Assembly (NCBI RefSeq): GCF_964204645.1
Contig: NC_134026.1
Coordinates: forward strand, 25,950,150 to 26,014,149
From: Tubulanus polymorphus
Lineage: Eukaryota > Animalia > Nemertea
Length of the DNA: 64,000 nucleotides
Direction: 5' to 3'
Shown: piece after piece, positions 11,601-22,641 of the stretch
Numbering within the stretch: position 1 is the stretch's first letter
How the letters are laid out: every line of letters begins with the position of its first letter
Made by a program: the position numbers and the translations under genes
The notes under the pieces: generated by a model
Told to the model about the DNA's origin: nothing
The model's input: the letters and a program-made list of their open reading frames with translations, nothing else
Databases searched by the model: none

Positions 11601-14217
11601 TGGGTACGATGTTTTGCTTAATTACAGATTGATTTCTTCGAAAAGGAAATCGAAAGGCTAAGAAACATTCCACCGCGAGTAGAAATTCAGACAGAATTTG
11701 TTGAGGTTGAGAAACGTATGCAAACTGATATTGACAGGGTATGAAAGAAGTCAATCTCACAAAATTCCATGACAATGCGCAATGTACACATATGTACAGA
11801 TCGTATCATCAATTATTGTTCATTTCTAGATTGCTTACCTAGAAAGAGAAATAGAAAGATTAAGAAACATTCCACCACGCATAGAATATAGAAGAGAGCA
11901 AACTGATATAGAAAAGGTGACGTACTAATGAAACCTGTTTGTATTCCCTGTCGACGGTGTATTTATTTGATGTTATGGGTTAACCGATACATATCAAACT
12001 TTCAGATCAGTTTCTTAGAACGTGATATTGAACGCATAAGAAACATTCCACCACGCGTTGAATACAAAACCGAATATGTTGAGAAGCGAATGCAGACCGA
12101 TATTACCAAGGTACGTGAGAAGATACAATTCTGACCAAGATTGGATTTCAAAATCAATGTTACCTAAATGTTACTTGTTACAGATTAGTGAACTTGAAAG
12201 GGAAGTCGAGAGACTGAGAAACACGCCACCCCGAATTGAATACAGAACTGAATATGTCGAAAAGAGAGTGCAAACCGATATTGATAGGGTAAAAACAAAT
12301 TAGAATCTACTGCCTATATATGATCAAGTAATTCATATGAATCATGAAAATATTTCATTCTATCCAGATTGCTTTCCTTGAAAGAGAAATTGAACGAGTA
12401 AGAAACATTCCACCACGTGTTGAATACAAAACTGAATATGTTGAGGTTGAGAAACGCGTGCAAACTGATATTGATAGGGTATGTCGCATAGTTTAAAAAC
12501 GAAATTGAAGGGCAATTCAGTTCCTTGGACCTACATGAAAACCTACTTATCAACAAAATCAAATCCTTTTTCAGATCAGCCAATTAGAAAGGGAAATTGA
12601 AAGAGTAAGAAATATCCCACCACGTGTCGAGTACAAGACTGAATATGTCGAGGTTGAAAAACACATGCAGACTGACATCGACAGGGTATGGCTAACAAAT
12701 CCCCTCGAAAATCTCTAAAACAGTTTTGACAAAAATACACCCCGGAATATTGAACTCACTTTCAGATTTCTTATTTGGAGAAGGAAATTGAACGTGTAAG
12801 GAACATTCCACCCCGTGTTGAGTACAAAACGGAAATTGTTGAAGTTGAGAAACGTCTGCAAACTGATGTTGACAGGGTTAGTTAGTAAGCAATCCATGTA
12901 TGCTATGAACAGTCAATTTGATAAAGATCTCACTTTTTAATTTCTTCTATCGTTGAACAGATTTCATTCCTCGAACGAGAAATTGAACGTGTCAGGAATA
13001 TTCCAGCACGAGTTGAGTACAAAACAGAATATGTTGAAAAGCGATCACAGTCGGACATTGAAAAGGTATCTATCATTAGTCTAATTACTTAAGCTGCAAT
13101 ACAAGACATTTACAGTATATTATACGAGTGATTCTTCAATTATTAAGATCGCCTACCTCGAAAACGAAATCCAAAGACGTCATCAGTTGCAACCCGAGGT
13201 CGAATATAGGACTGAATACGTAGAGAAGAGATCTCAATCGGATATCGACAGAGTTATTATAAATCCTGAGTTTTACCATAAAACAGAATAGTTTTAGTTA
13301 TAGTTTTTTCTTGTATATTCACATATTCCTGTTTATTTTCAGATTGCTACTTTGGAAAGAGAAATTTCTATTTTGCAGTCATCTAAGTACGTTCTGTGAA
13401 CAAAGCATCAATATTCATTAACATCTAGTAGTATAAACAGTATATTTATGTTAGTCTTTTTTCGTTTTAGCAGTAAGACTGTAACCCATGATTATAGGAA
13501 AGAATGGCAAGCAGCCTTGGATGAAATAGAATCTCTGAAAAGGCAACTTACCACCCAGGTTAGTGCAGTTTTTGGGATGGTTTAGATTAATGAAGATGAC
13601 ATAAAGAAAACTTCATTTGTATCCCTGTCGATTAATAGGAAACGGTTGTCCAAGAAGTTATAACCGCTGATAATACTGCAGTTGTTGAGTCGGAAGCAGT
13701 GCCCCTGCAGACCATGCAAACAATGCAAACTATCCAAGTACCGGTTCAGTACATAATGACTCCAGTTGCTGCCACCGGTCATCCTTATATGTATCATAAT
13801 GCTGATTATGATGGATACAGCACAGCTTCCACCACTCGTCGGTCGAGGTCCGCCGCTCCACGCTCTATCAGTGCCGGTCGTTCCACCGCACTAGCTACCG
13901 GAACCTATGCTTCAAGCCCGAGAGCACGTTCTGTGAGCGTCAATCGTCGTAACAGATCCACCGGAGCCGGAAGCGAAGACGTTATTGAGTCGATCCGATC
14001 GACTTTGGTTGAAACACAGCCCCTGAAAAAATCGTATGCTTCGCCATCCTACGCTACCACATCTTCCAGCGTAACGAGATCATCCCAGGCTGCGACTAGC
14101 GCCGGCGGTTATGCTTCGACCAGCGCCGGAGGTTACGCTTCAACCATAAGGTCATACACGGCTGGTGGAACAACGTCTTCCGCAACCAAGAAATACAGCA
14201 CTATTCGTTCATCATAG
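5672..14217 (+). CDS. Unknown tandem-exon repeat protein (5'-partial; ~1500 aa in the window if all exons are joined)
   Basis: AG/GT-bounded exons: 5672-5738, 5847-5987, 6115-6195, 6334-6438, 6545-6655, 6741-6815, 6921-7031, 7137-7247, 7418-7522, 7611-7727, 7813-7917, 8007-8111, 8199-8303, 8391-8495, 8578-8682, 8911-9015, 9136-9246, 9327-9437, 9518-9628, 9721-9831, 9913-10023, 10136-10246, 10344-10454, 10543-10653, 10737-10847, 10971-11081, 11419-11529, 11628-11738, 11830-11916, 12006-12110, 12184-12288, 12368-12478, 12575-12685, 12766-12876, 12961-13065, 13148-13252, 13343-13386, 13471-13558, 13639-14217 (TAG). All are stop-free and frame-compatible. AATAAA signals near 14258 and 14347. The first exon starts in phase 2 with no ATG, so upstream exons are required. 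Confidence 0.9.
8720..8815 (+). pseudogene. Degenerate, acceptor-less copy of the repeat exon
   Basis: Reads IERIRNIPPRVEYETKAEYVEVEKCGPTYIDM then gtaac. The first 7 codons and the AG acceptor are missing, it lies 37 nt after the previous donor, and it carries radical substitutions absent from the intact exons. Confidence 0.8.
11204..11330. mobile_element. 127-bp MITE-like insertion in an intron of the exon array
   Basis: 19-bp TIRs TATGGTGGCTGATAAGGAC / GTCCTTATCACCCACCATA (1 mismatch), with ATAAAC directly repeated on both flanks; sits in the longest intron of the array. Confidence 0.75.
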
Positions 14218-15234
14218 TACTACTCCTGAAAAATGTAGTTTAGATGTTTCTTTTACTAAATAAACCATTAGTAAAGCGTGAAACTAACACAACGAAACAA
14301 TTCTTGAAGATTCACAATGTGGCTACGTGTGTGTGCTTTGATCAATAATAAAGTTTAAGAATATTTTGAAATCTCATATTCGTCTCATATCACTTTTATA
14401 TGAATATCTCTGGGATCGCGCGGATTGGAGTGGTTTGTTTTTATCTTGTAATCCTATGCGTAAGGAAACTGATGCGTATGTTGGATCCCGTCAGATGAAG
14501 GACAGTGCTGAAATTGCCCATACAGTCGGAAAAAGATGTTTTATCTCGATTCCATTTACTTTCAATCAGGTCACTTTATTTAAGTTAGATAAGACTAAAA
14601 ATACGACAAATTCTCGGAAAAATAGTATATTCCGATTAGGCAGTTTTCCAAGGTGTTATCTGGTGAAGACTTTGTCAAAAATGAGTTACGAGCGCGGACA
14701 GTAAAATGTATGACTTCAAAGAGGTTCCTTAAAGCATTACTGAATCTGTGCCAAATGCGTATACCGTACACCAAATATAGCCCAGGCAAGTAACCCCAAC
14801 AATTGTGCGTCCATTGATAAAATTGGTAAAACAATGGATAGAACGTTGCCAATTCGTAAACCATTTTCTAGGTTATTACGTCCCCAATTTTGAATAAGTA
14901 GTCGAATACTTTTTAAAGAGACAAGGATTTCCTAAACTTAACTTAAAATTCTCTCATCGATATGTTGACCTTATTTCCCTTCTGGGTTTTTTCGGGGTTA
15001 TTGTAAGTAGTCTTCCTGTGTTGCATCCCGAACCCATCCTCGATAGATCTACTACATGATGGAAGGAAAGGATTAGAAATCTTATCGATTGAATATTTAA
15101 TACTCAAATGCCATAAAATATCCAATTTGTTTGTTCGTGTAAGAGCTTAAATGGGAAACCCGTGTAATGAACGACATAACTGACATGAACGTGAACAAAT
15201 CTGTGTTTGCACCTAAATGATAAATCTCAATTAG

Positions 15235-15910
15235 AATAAAGAAGTTTCCAGTTTCTAGGCGTCATTTTTTATTTGTGGCGGTCCCTCGAGGTCCCCATTG
15301 TTGCGATGATTTGCGCTCATTTTTAAAACATAAGTTTAGATTGAATATCATATAGTTCTGCAGTCCCTAGCTCAACGAAATTAATCTATACACCATTTTA
15401 AAGAAATAAAATGCAGATATTTGCTGGCGATTCTTGGAATTTTTGAACGCAACAATTGAGAACAGTGACGATGTGAAATCTCAAACTCAAGCGGGTACAG
15501 ATCAGTCGTCAGGAAAGATATTCAAAAACTTTAACGCAGGCTTTAACTGCAAATAACCCACTTTAACCTCTGTGAAAATTGGAAATATAGCTTTAAGAGA
15601 TACTCAAGATATTTTAAAATTAATAAATATTGCGATTTCTTTTACGCGCGGTTAAGATATGCGGTGCTTGGTTTCACATCGTCACTGTTCTCAATTGCTG
15701 CCTTCACAAATTCCAAGAATCGCCAGCAAATATCTGCATTTCATTTCCTTTAAAATGGTGAAAGAATTAATTTCGTCGAGCAAGGAACTGCAGAACTATT
15801 TGATATTCAATCTAAACTTATGTTTTAAAAATGCGCACAAATTATCGCAACAATGGGGACCTCGAGGGACCGCCACAAAATGACGCATAGAAACTGGAAA
15901 CTTCTTTATT
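15235..15910. mobile_element. Foldback/MITE-like element with ~245-bp inverted arms
   Basis: 15235-15479 is the imperfect reverse complement of 15672-15910 (e.g. GTGGCGGTCCCTCGAGGTCCCCATTGTTGCGAT / ATCGCAACAATGGGGACCTCGAGGGACCGCCAC); ~190-bp spacer; no clear TSD. Confidence 0.85.
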
Positions 15911-18900
15911 AGAGATTTCTTTCCCAATGAGCTACGAAGTGAAATTTTCTTAGGTCCTGGATATACAGCAGCGTCAACTCCAATTTATCATGGATTAACG
16001 ATAAACGACGGCGTTTAACAATATTGGACAGAACAATTATCTCCGAAGTCTCCGATTTCCAGTGGTCGTCTCATTCAGCGATGAAGTACGATATAGCCTA
16101 ATTGTCCACAGTTTGTAACCGCAAAAAATGGCTGATAAAAACTTCACCCAGTCCTGGCAGTGTGGCTGTCTCCACAGTGTATCTACGTTGCTCTACGATC
16201 CTGTGTAACCAGTGGTAATCTGTGGTACATCAGACACTAAGGTTCTTGGTGAAATAAAACCTTGGTGTTATGTCACCGACACTTTTTTGTAAACTGTCTA
16301 TTTCTGTTGCAATGCCAATGTTTCTGCATCCTTGGAGTTCGGCCTGATTACCCAAAGCTGCATCTAAGCATGATATAAGGTCAGCGTATATTAGCTATTG
16401 TATCAACGCAGTTTTCCTTAGCACTGACTCTTAATCGTTAATGTTCCTTCGTGAATGATTTTCCAGCTCTCCAAATCTCTACGCATTTGAAACGAGATAC
16501 GTATAGATGATATTCCAGACTAACTATTAAATAGCAATTTCCGTCTAAGGAAATGAGAGTGAACTATCTAGGTTTGCCGACATAACAGAGCTTAGAGTCT
16601 GATCAAATATGCAGCACGTGCTGGCTAAGATACAGGAACAAAGGAATATTTGTTAAACTACCATTTTCAAACTAGTTGTCTTGGTGGCAAAGGTTAATAG
16701 AGTTAATTTCTTACACTTATTTACTTAACAAATAGTAGGTGGGAATGTCTTCATTGGGGCTACGTAAGGAGAAATGTGTTTGTTAAGCGGCCGCTTTCGT
16801 TGCTCTCGTTAAAAATTGGGCTATTTTACTTTGTAAACAGATTAACTGGAAACCTTCAGAAAATATTCGGTGTTAATCTTCATGTCATTCTGATGATTAA
16901 CCACTGCAACATTCGTAAAATGTATGTTATGCACCTGGTATATTACTCCATTCCCACCTGTTCGTCTGTAAGCTGCCTAACACCTGAGATCTCAAGTCAG
17001 ATTCAGTTGGCCGTAACATTCACGGCCCCTCAGTATTGGAATTCCGTCCGTCTGTGAAAACTCGAAAACAATTTACGAATGGGACGAAAAGTATGATTGA
17101 TTGCAGGGAAATTCTCGAAAATAAGACATTATGCACCTGTTGATGTTTTTAATAAACTGTTGTCGAAAAAGATCATACACTAATCCAAATTTGGTAAATT
17201 GAAATTCGTATAGGCTATTCTATCTTTATCAATTCTTTCATGTATAGACATGCTTTTAATAGTTTAAGAAGTGTGCGAGCAATTTGACACCTTGATAAGT
17301 AGTGAACCTGCGTCGATGAATGAATGACTAAGTTGATACCCGTTGGACTTTGACTCTCAAAAGATCGAATGTGTTTGACTTGAATTGTGGATAATGAATG
17401 AATCAATGAATGAATACGTGATTGAGCGTGATTAATGAATGAAATTTAATGAATGAGAGTACACATGCTTTTGAACGTTGGTCGAGCTAAATATCATATT
17501 TCATGTTGCCCACTTGGTATCTTGAAAACAACTTTTAAAAAGGCGTTTATATTTGAAGAAACCAAACTGTAAATGAAACCAAAATGATGTAAAAATCATA
17601 TCAGCCTCTGTCTAATATAGGGATATCACTTAACTGAAATAAACTTCAGGTAAATCACGTATAGATTTATCGCGTTTCATATATAAGTAGTTATCTTTCC
17701 GTAAGTAGTTGAAGTGTATTGACTGATTGTTCACCTTGAGTAAAAGTGCATCGGGCACCGACTCTTCGGCCAAATTGAGATGCACTTTGGTGGTAGAAAT
17801 CAAACTTAACCACACATATCATTCCCCAAGTTCAATCAGCAGTAATTTCATTATTTATGTCGTGGCTGAACTCTAGATTTTAAACTGAAGTAAAATGAAA
17901 TAAAAATGGCAAGAAATGTTTACGATCATCGTTGTCATATTGTGTTTGTCCATATTTTCGTATATTAACATGCATCAACTTTTTTCGTCGTTTGACTAAT
18001 ATCGAATCTAAAAAATCAACAAAAACAAAGTAAGAAAACATAGACTTTTGTTGAAGGATAATACTGATATAGTCATTGATGTAAGCACAAGTGCAGGTGA
18101 ATATAACGTCTTATGGTATGTTTAACTAACATGTTATTGAACACGATTTCATGTGTTAAATTCACATACTTTACAACCGCAACAACCACAAATATGTTCA
18201 GGTGAAAAGCAGGCTTACCCTCGGAATTCGTGTTTGATTGACACGTTTTACCAGGTGCCGTAACCTGGCATTATTTGATGGACAGGTAATCAATTCGTCG
18301 GTCAATCAATACACTGATTTCGTTATCAATCAAATATGTCCGACTTTATAGCGATGAGGTTTATAGGTCTGAAATGATACACATATAGGCCTACTGCACG
18401 TTCGTAGTGACGGTGACAATTGTTTTCTGTAGTCTGTAAATTTAGAAGCAAACTAGTTCTTTTATTCACAGTTCTGCAACGTGGTCTGCTGCACGTACAT
18501 TTGATTCATGTTGTCTTCATTACATTTTTTGAAGTCATGTTTCTACAGGTAGAGAGAAGCATGTTCTCGACATTGATATTTTCAGGGCCATCGACCGGGC
18601 GTTTTGTTTATGAACATTTTGTACATTCAAGGTCATATGCCGTTGATTTGGCTGCAAGACTTTATTTGACCCTGAAGCGGACGTTCCCTTAATTACGTGT
18701 GTAATCAAGCATTTACATCAGCGCTGTCAAATATTCGAGAGATGTTTAAACAAATCTAATGACGTTGAACATTCCATTTTGATCCAGCCAGCCAACGATA
18801 TTTCAAAAATTGATGAAATGTAAATGTTAGCAGAGATATCATTGATCTGAAAGCTTCAGATCGTCTGTGACCTTAACGATATAGCCGATGTTTACTTTTG

Positions 18901-20177
18901 TCTGAAAAGGTTGAAATAACTTTTTTCTTTGAGTCTGGCAAATTCAATATTTTTCCAAACAAGAAATGACCGATCACTAGGAAAATTATACGTGTGCTAG
19001 ATATGATTTCGAATACATATTTCGTTATCTTTGATGGAATAGTCAGAACCATAGTCAACCGAAATGATTGGTGATGTAATTTCCAAAATATGGCAAAATT
19101 CTGTTTAAATTTATTCATTTTTATGTTATATATGTGATTTGTCCAGTAATTGTTTATATTACATACTTCAACCAATATCGATAGAATATCAGCTAGACAG
19201 ATAAAATTTCATCATTTGTACGTCATAGATCAAACATTTTATTCATTTTCTTATGTTTTCACATTTCAAATGATAGTCCTTTATGCATGATAACTGTTTG
19301 AAAATGCATTGAAATTCGTGACAATACGTGATTCGACAGTTTTAAGATAACTCATCGGGTCGAGTGACGCGTGACCCAACTTTCCTATCTGATATGACAG
19401 AATGACCGTTGTGATAGATCCGTCATCAGTACTGATTAAATTCGTACTCATTATTGTCTTGCAGTTCTTCGCGAGATGAGAACAATCCTGTTTAAAGGTC
19501 ACCAGTCAGTCAGTGGTTAAAGAGGTTCATTGTCATTGCATAAAACCTTAGATGATGAATTCGACGACTGACGTGTCCTGGGATTAATATACTGAGTAAT
19601 AACGAGTTTTAAGATTAATGCGATGATAACAATATTGAAGATCATTGGATCAATGAAATATAGCGATTGTTAATGTTTAAGTATGCGTTTACCATAACAT
19701 TACGCGCATTATGAGGTGATGGTGCATTGTACCACAGAAAAGGAACCACCGAAAAAATAACGGCCGGTTCGTCGCAAAATATTCGTTATTTCCCGATCTA
19801 CCGATGTGTGTTCGTAATACACCTGTAAAACTAAACATTTATACAACTGTTGAAAAATTTTGGAAAATCTGCATCCTCAAAAGTCCCTAAGAGGACTCTG
19901 CAGGAACTTCAGCCATTCGTGCAATACGTTTCGCTGAGTAAGTCTAACATGAGAAATTCAAAACGCGTCACTACTGAATACCAGAAGCACGATCAGTGAT
20001 TGGTAAGTAAATCGGAACGCCTTCTCAGCTGATAAGCCGGTTAGCCACGTGTTTTACTTATAAGTTAAATTGAGTTCGAATCACTGTCCTTCTCTTATAG
20101 ACGAGCACAAACGCGGTATCAGCAGACCCTGCTGCAGTACCTATTCCATTAGCTGGACCAAGCACAATCTGAACGAA

Positions 20178-22641
20178 ATGGATAACTTATATCGTCATAT
20201 TATTCAGGCTTTAGTTTTATATCTGATGTGTACGTTTGGACTTCTACATGCGGCAACGATCAACTCTCGAAGAAACAGTCGTAGTACTGGTAATTATCCT
20301 TCGTGGTTAAACGTTGTCGAATCAGACACTGATTATGTCAATGATGCCGAGGACACTGAAGACAGTCCACCACCAACCGTCGATTACAATTATAACAAGG
20401 ATTGTCCAGACTGTGAAATGCGTCGCCTTCAGATTGAAAAAGCGCTGAGCGAAAAAGAATTACGACAAATAAGAATTGAGATGATTAAGAAACAGATTTT
20501 ACAAAAGTTACGTTTAACTGAAAGACCAAACATAACTCGGCCAGTTGAACTTCCGGCACCGATACTCGATAGCGATTACGATGCAGATTACCAAGCTACA
20601 AGTGCTGTCAGCAACAAGGATACAGAGGATTTCTACGGACAAACGACTCAGGCGATTGTATTTGGTAACCAAGGTATGTTCGAATTCGAAACAATCATTT
20701 CATTTTCTAATTAAGAGGCTTTAAAACGAGGTTCTATCGTAGAAGCTCGTTCTGAAACTAGGCGATTTTCTCTCGGTCTCCTTGAAATCGCATACTGACT
20801 ATAAATATACTCTGAGAAATAGAACAATTTTTCCAGCTCTGTGTTTCTCGAGAAGAGGTATTCTTGTTTTCCAGCTCTTGAATTAAATAGCTATAATTTT
20901 CCATAGCACAACGTGTACACGTGCTCGAAGAAGACCTTTGAAGAGATGCCCGGATGCGTATTTTCCACGTTTTCCAGGGGCCTGTATTTGAGTAAATTGT
21001 CTAAGAAAAAATTCGAAACGTAAAACAACTCGATTCATTATGTGAATTATGGCTCCAAGAGCAAAAGTTCGCGTTGCCTCGGAAATTCCTGAAAGCTGTA
21101 TTACATTCAGAAACGAGCATATATATCGATGGCCGTTCGTCACTTATTTGTGCGCAAATATCTTTATCCTTCAACCTGCTCGCAAAATTCCCCAGGATCG
21201 ATACGATATACTGATTGTGGTATGCTTCAAACAGGTGTTTATTGCATTGTAGGATAGCCGTCAGGAATTTTTAACATTGCTCAATTACCACATAAACATT
21301 TATTCAGATTCTTGTGAATAATGCAGCGACTAATAGTGCAAACGTATCATAACTCAGTTAGTTTAATTACTGCTTCCCCGAAATTTTTATGTAATTCATC
21401 GGAATCATAACGATTTCCGGATGAATAAAGGTTAGATAGTCAACAGATAGGCTATCATAAATATTCTATTTCATTATCATATCGCCTGTTTATAAATGCG
21501 TTTTATATATTCTACATATAAGATAAAATGACAATACTTCCCGGTCCCAGAAAATGTTCCACTCGAATTCATTTCTAATACAGTAAATACAATGATACAA
21601 AATGAATAATATTCATTAATTGTATATCCAAATCTGAACTTTAAAGTAAACCCATACCTCGGCATTTTCGATGACGATTAATCGCCAAACAATACGCCAG
21701 TAAAGTAAAATAATGTATATGCTCAATTTTTTATTCTAAATCTTTTTATCTTCTAGTTTCAACGAACTGCTACAGTTGGCTGAACAAACCAACCGGTTGT
21801 TTTCGATTCAATCTTAACGATGAGGTGAAAGGACGAGACATCGTATCAGCCGAATTATGGGCGTTCAAAAGATCTGACCCAGATGACAACCGCAACCAGA
21901 CGTTACTGGTTACTGACTACCAGACGAGAAGAAATCAACGCAAACACTTGCTCGACGATGCCAGAACGACGAGGAGCGCACAGTGGGTACGGTTTGATGT
22001 GACCAAAACGGTGAGCAAAGGGATACAAGACTCAGCGCGTCGGATAGGATTTCAAATCACGTGTAAAACGTGTCGAAGCAGCCCCAGAAAAATTCCAGTC
22101 TCGAAAACAGCCAGAAACAAACCGTTCTTAGTTATCAACTTAGAAAAGTCCGAAAAACGTCGAACGCGACGAAGTGAAAACTGCAACGCCGAGAGCACTG
22201 GCTGTTGTCTTGAACAATGGTACGTAAGCTTTGAAGAAATTGGATGGAGTGACTGGATCTTAAAACCGGCTGGTTATAGTGCTAACAACTGTAGAGGTTC
22301 CTGTCATATACCGAGTAAGTTTAACTTGATGAATCGTAACCACATCAACCATATGTGTTATGAACGCTAATACTAGTTAATATCCCGTCGATATCTAATT
22401 CATTGTTTTCTCGTTACATTCTCTAGGTAATCGCATCAATAGACTTGGGCAAATAGTGCACTCAAGGGCGAGACAGAGCATGGCAATGAATGAATCAAAT
22501 CCAGTTCGTAGAGCAGCCATCCTTCCATGTTGTACACCTTCCAAGATGAGATCAATGGCCGCTATTACTACCAACTACGACGGATCTATCAGAAAGACGA
22601 TATTACCAAATATGATTGCTGAATCGTGCAGATGTTCGTGA
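20178..22641 (+). CDS. TGF-beta superfamily ligand, activin/inhibin-beta/myostatin class (3 exons: 20178-20673, 21757-22314, 22427-22641)
   Basis: Signal peptide MDNLYRHIIQALVLYLMCTFGLLHA; prodomain RIEMIKKQILQKLRLTERPNIT, SAELW, WVRFDVT, KPFLVI; furin site RRTRR; mature domain with 9 Cys (C..CC..IGWSDWILKP.GY.AN.CRGSC..CCTP..LPNMIAESCRCS). Confidence 0.92.

Noticed and set aside
7620-12897. Many minus-strand ORFs (e.g. LSMSVCMRFSTYSVL...) over the array
   Set aside because: Antisense shadows of the plus-strand repeat exons; splice signals and codon conservation are on the plus strand.
6921-13252. Repeat-spacer array next to a reverse transcriptase, superficially like CRISPR or a diversity-generating retroelement
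   Set aside because: Repeats are mostly 105-111 nt, open in one frame, vary mainly at synonymous sites and are bounded by AG/GT, so the spacers are spliceosomal introns. There are no cas genes and no adenine-specific TR/VR pattern, and the RT is an ordinary LINE ORF2.
15659-15883. Short ORFs inside the foldback arms (also 40185-40391)
   Set aside because: They lie in inverted-repeat arms, show no transposase motifs and are not preserved in the opposite arm.
15911-20069. Scattered 60-100 aa ORFs upstream of the TGF-beta gene
   Set aside because: No recognisable motifs or consistent exon chain; most likely non-coding regulatory DNA.
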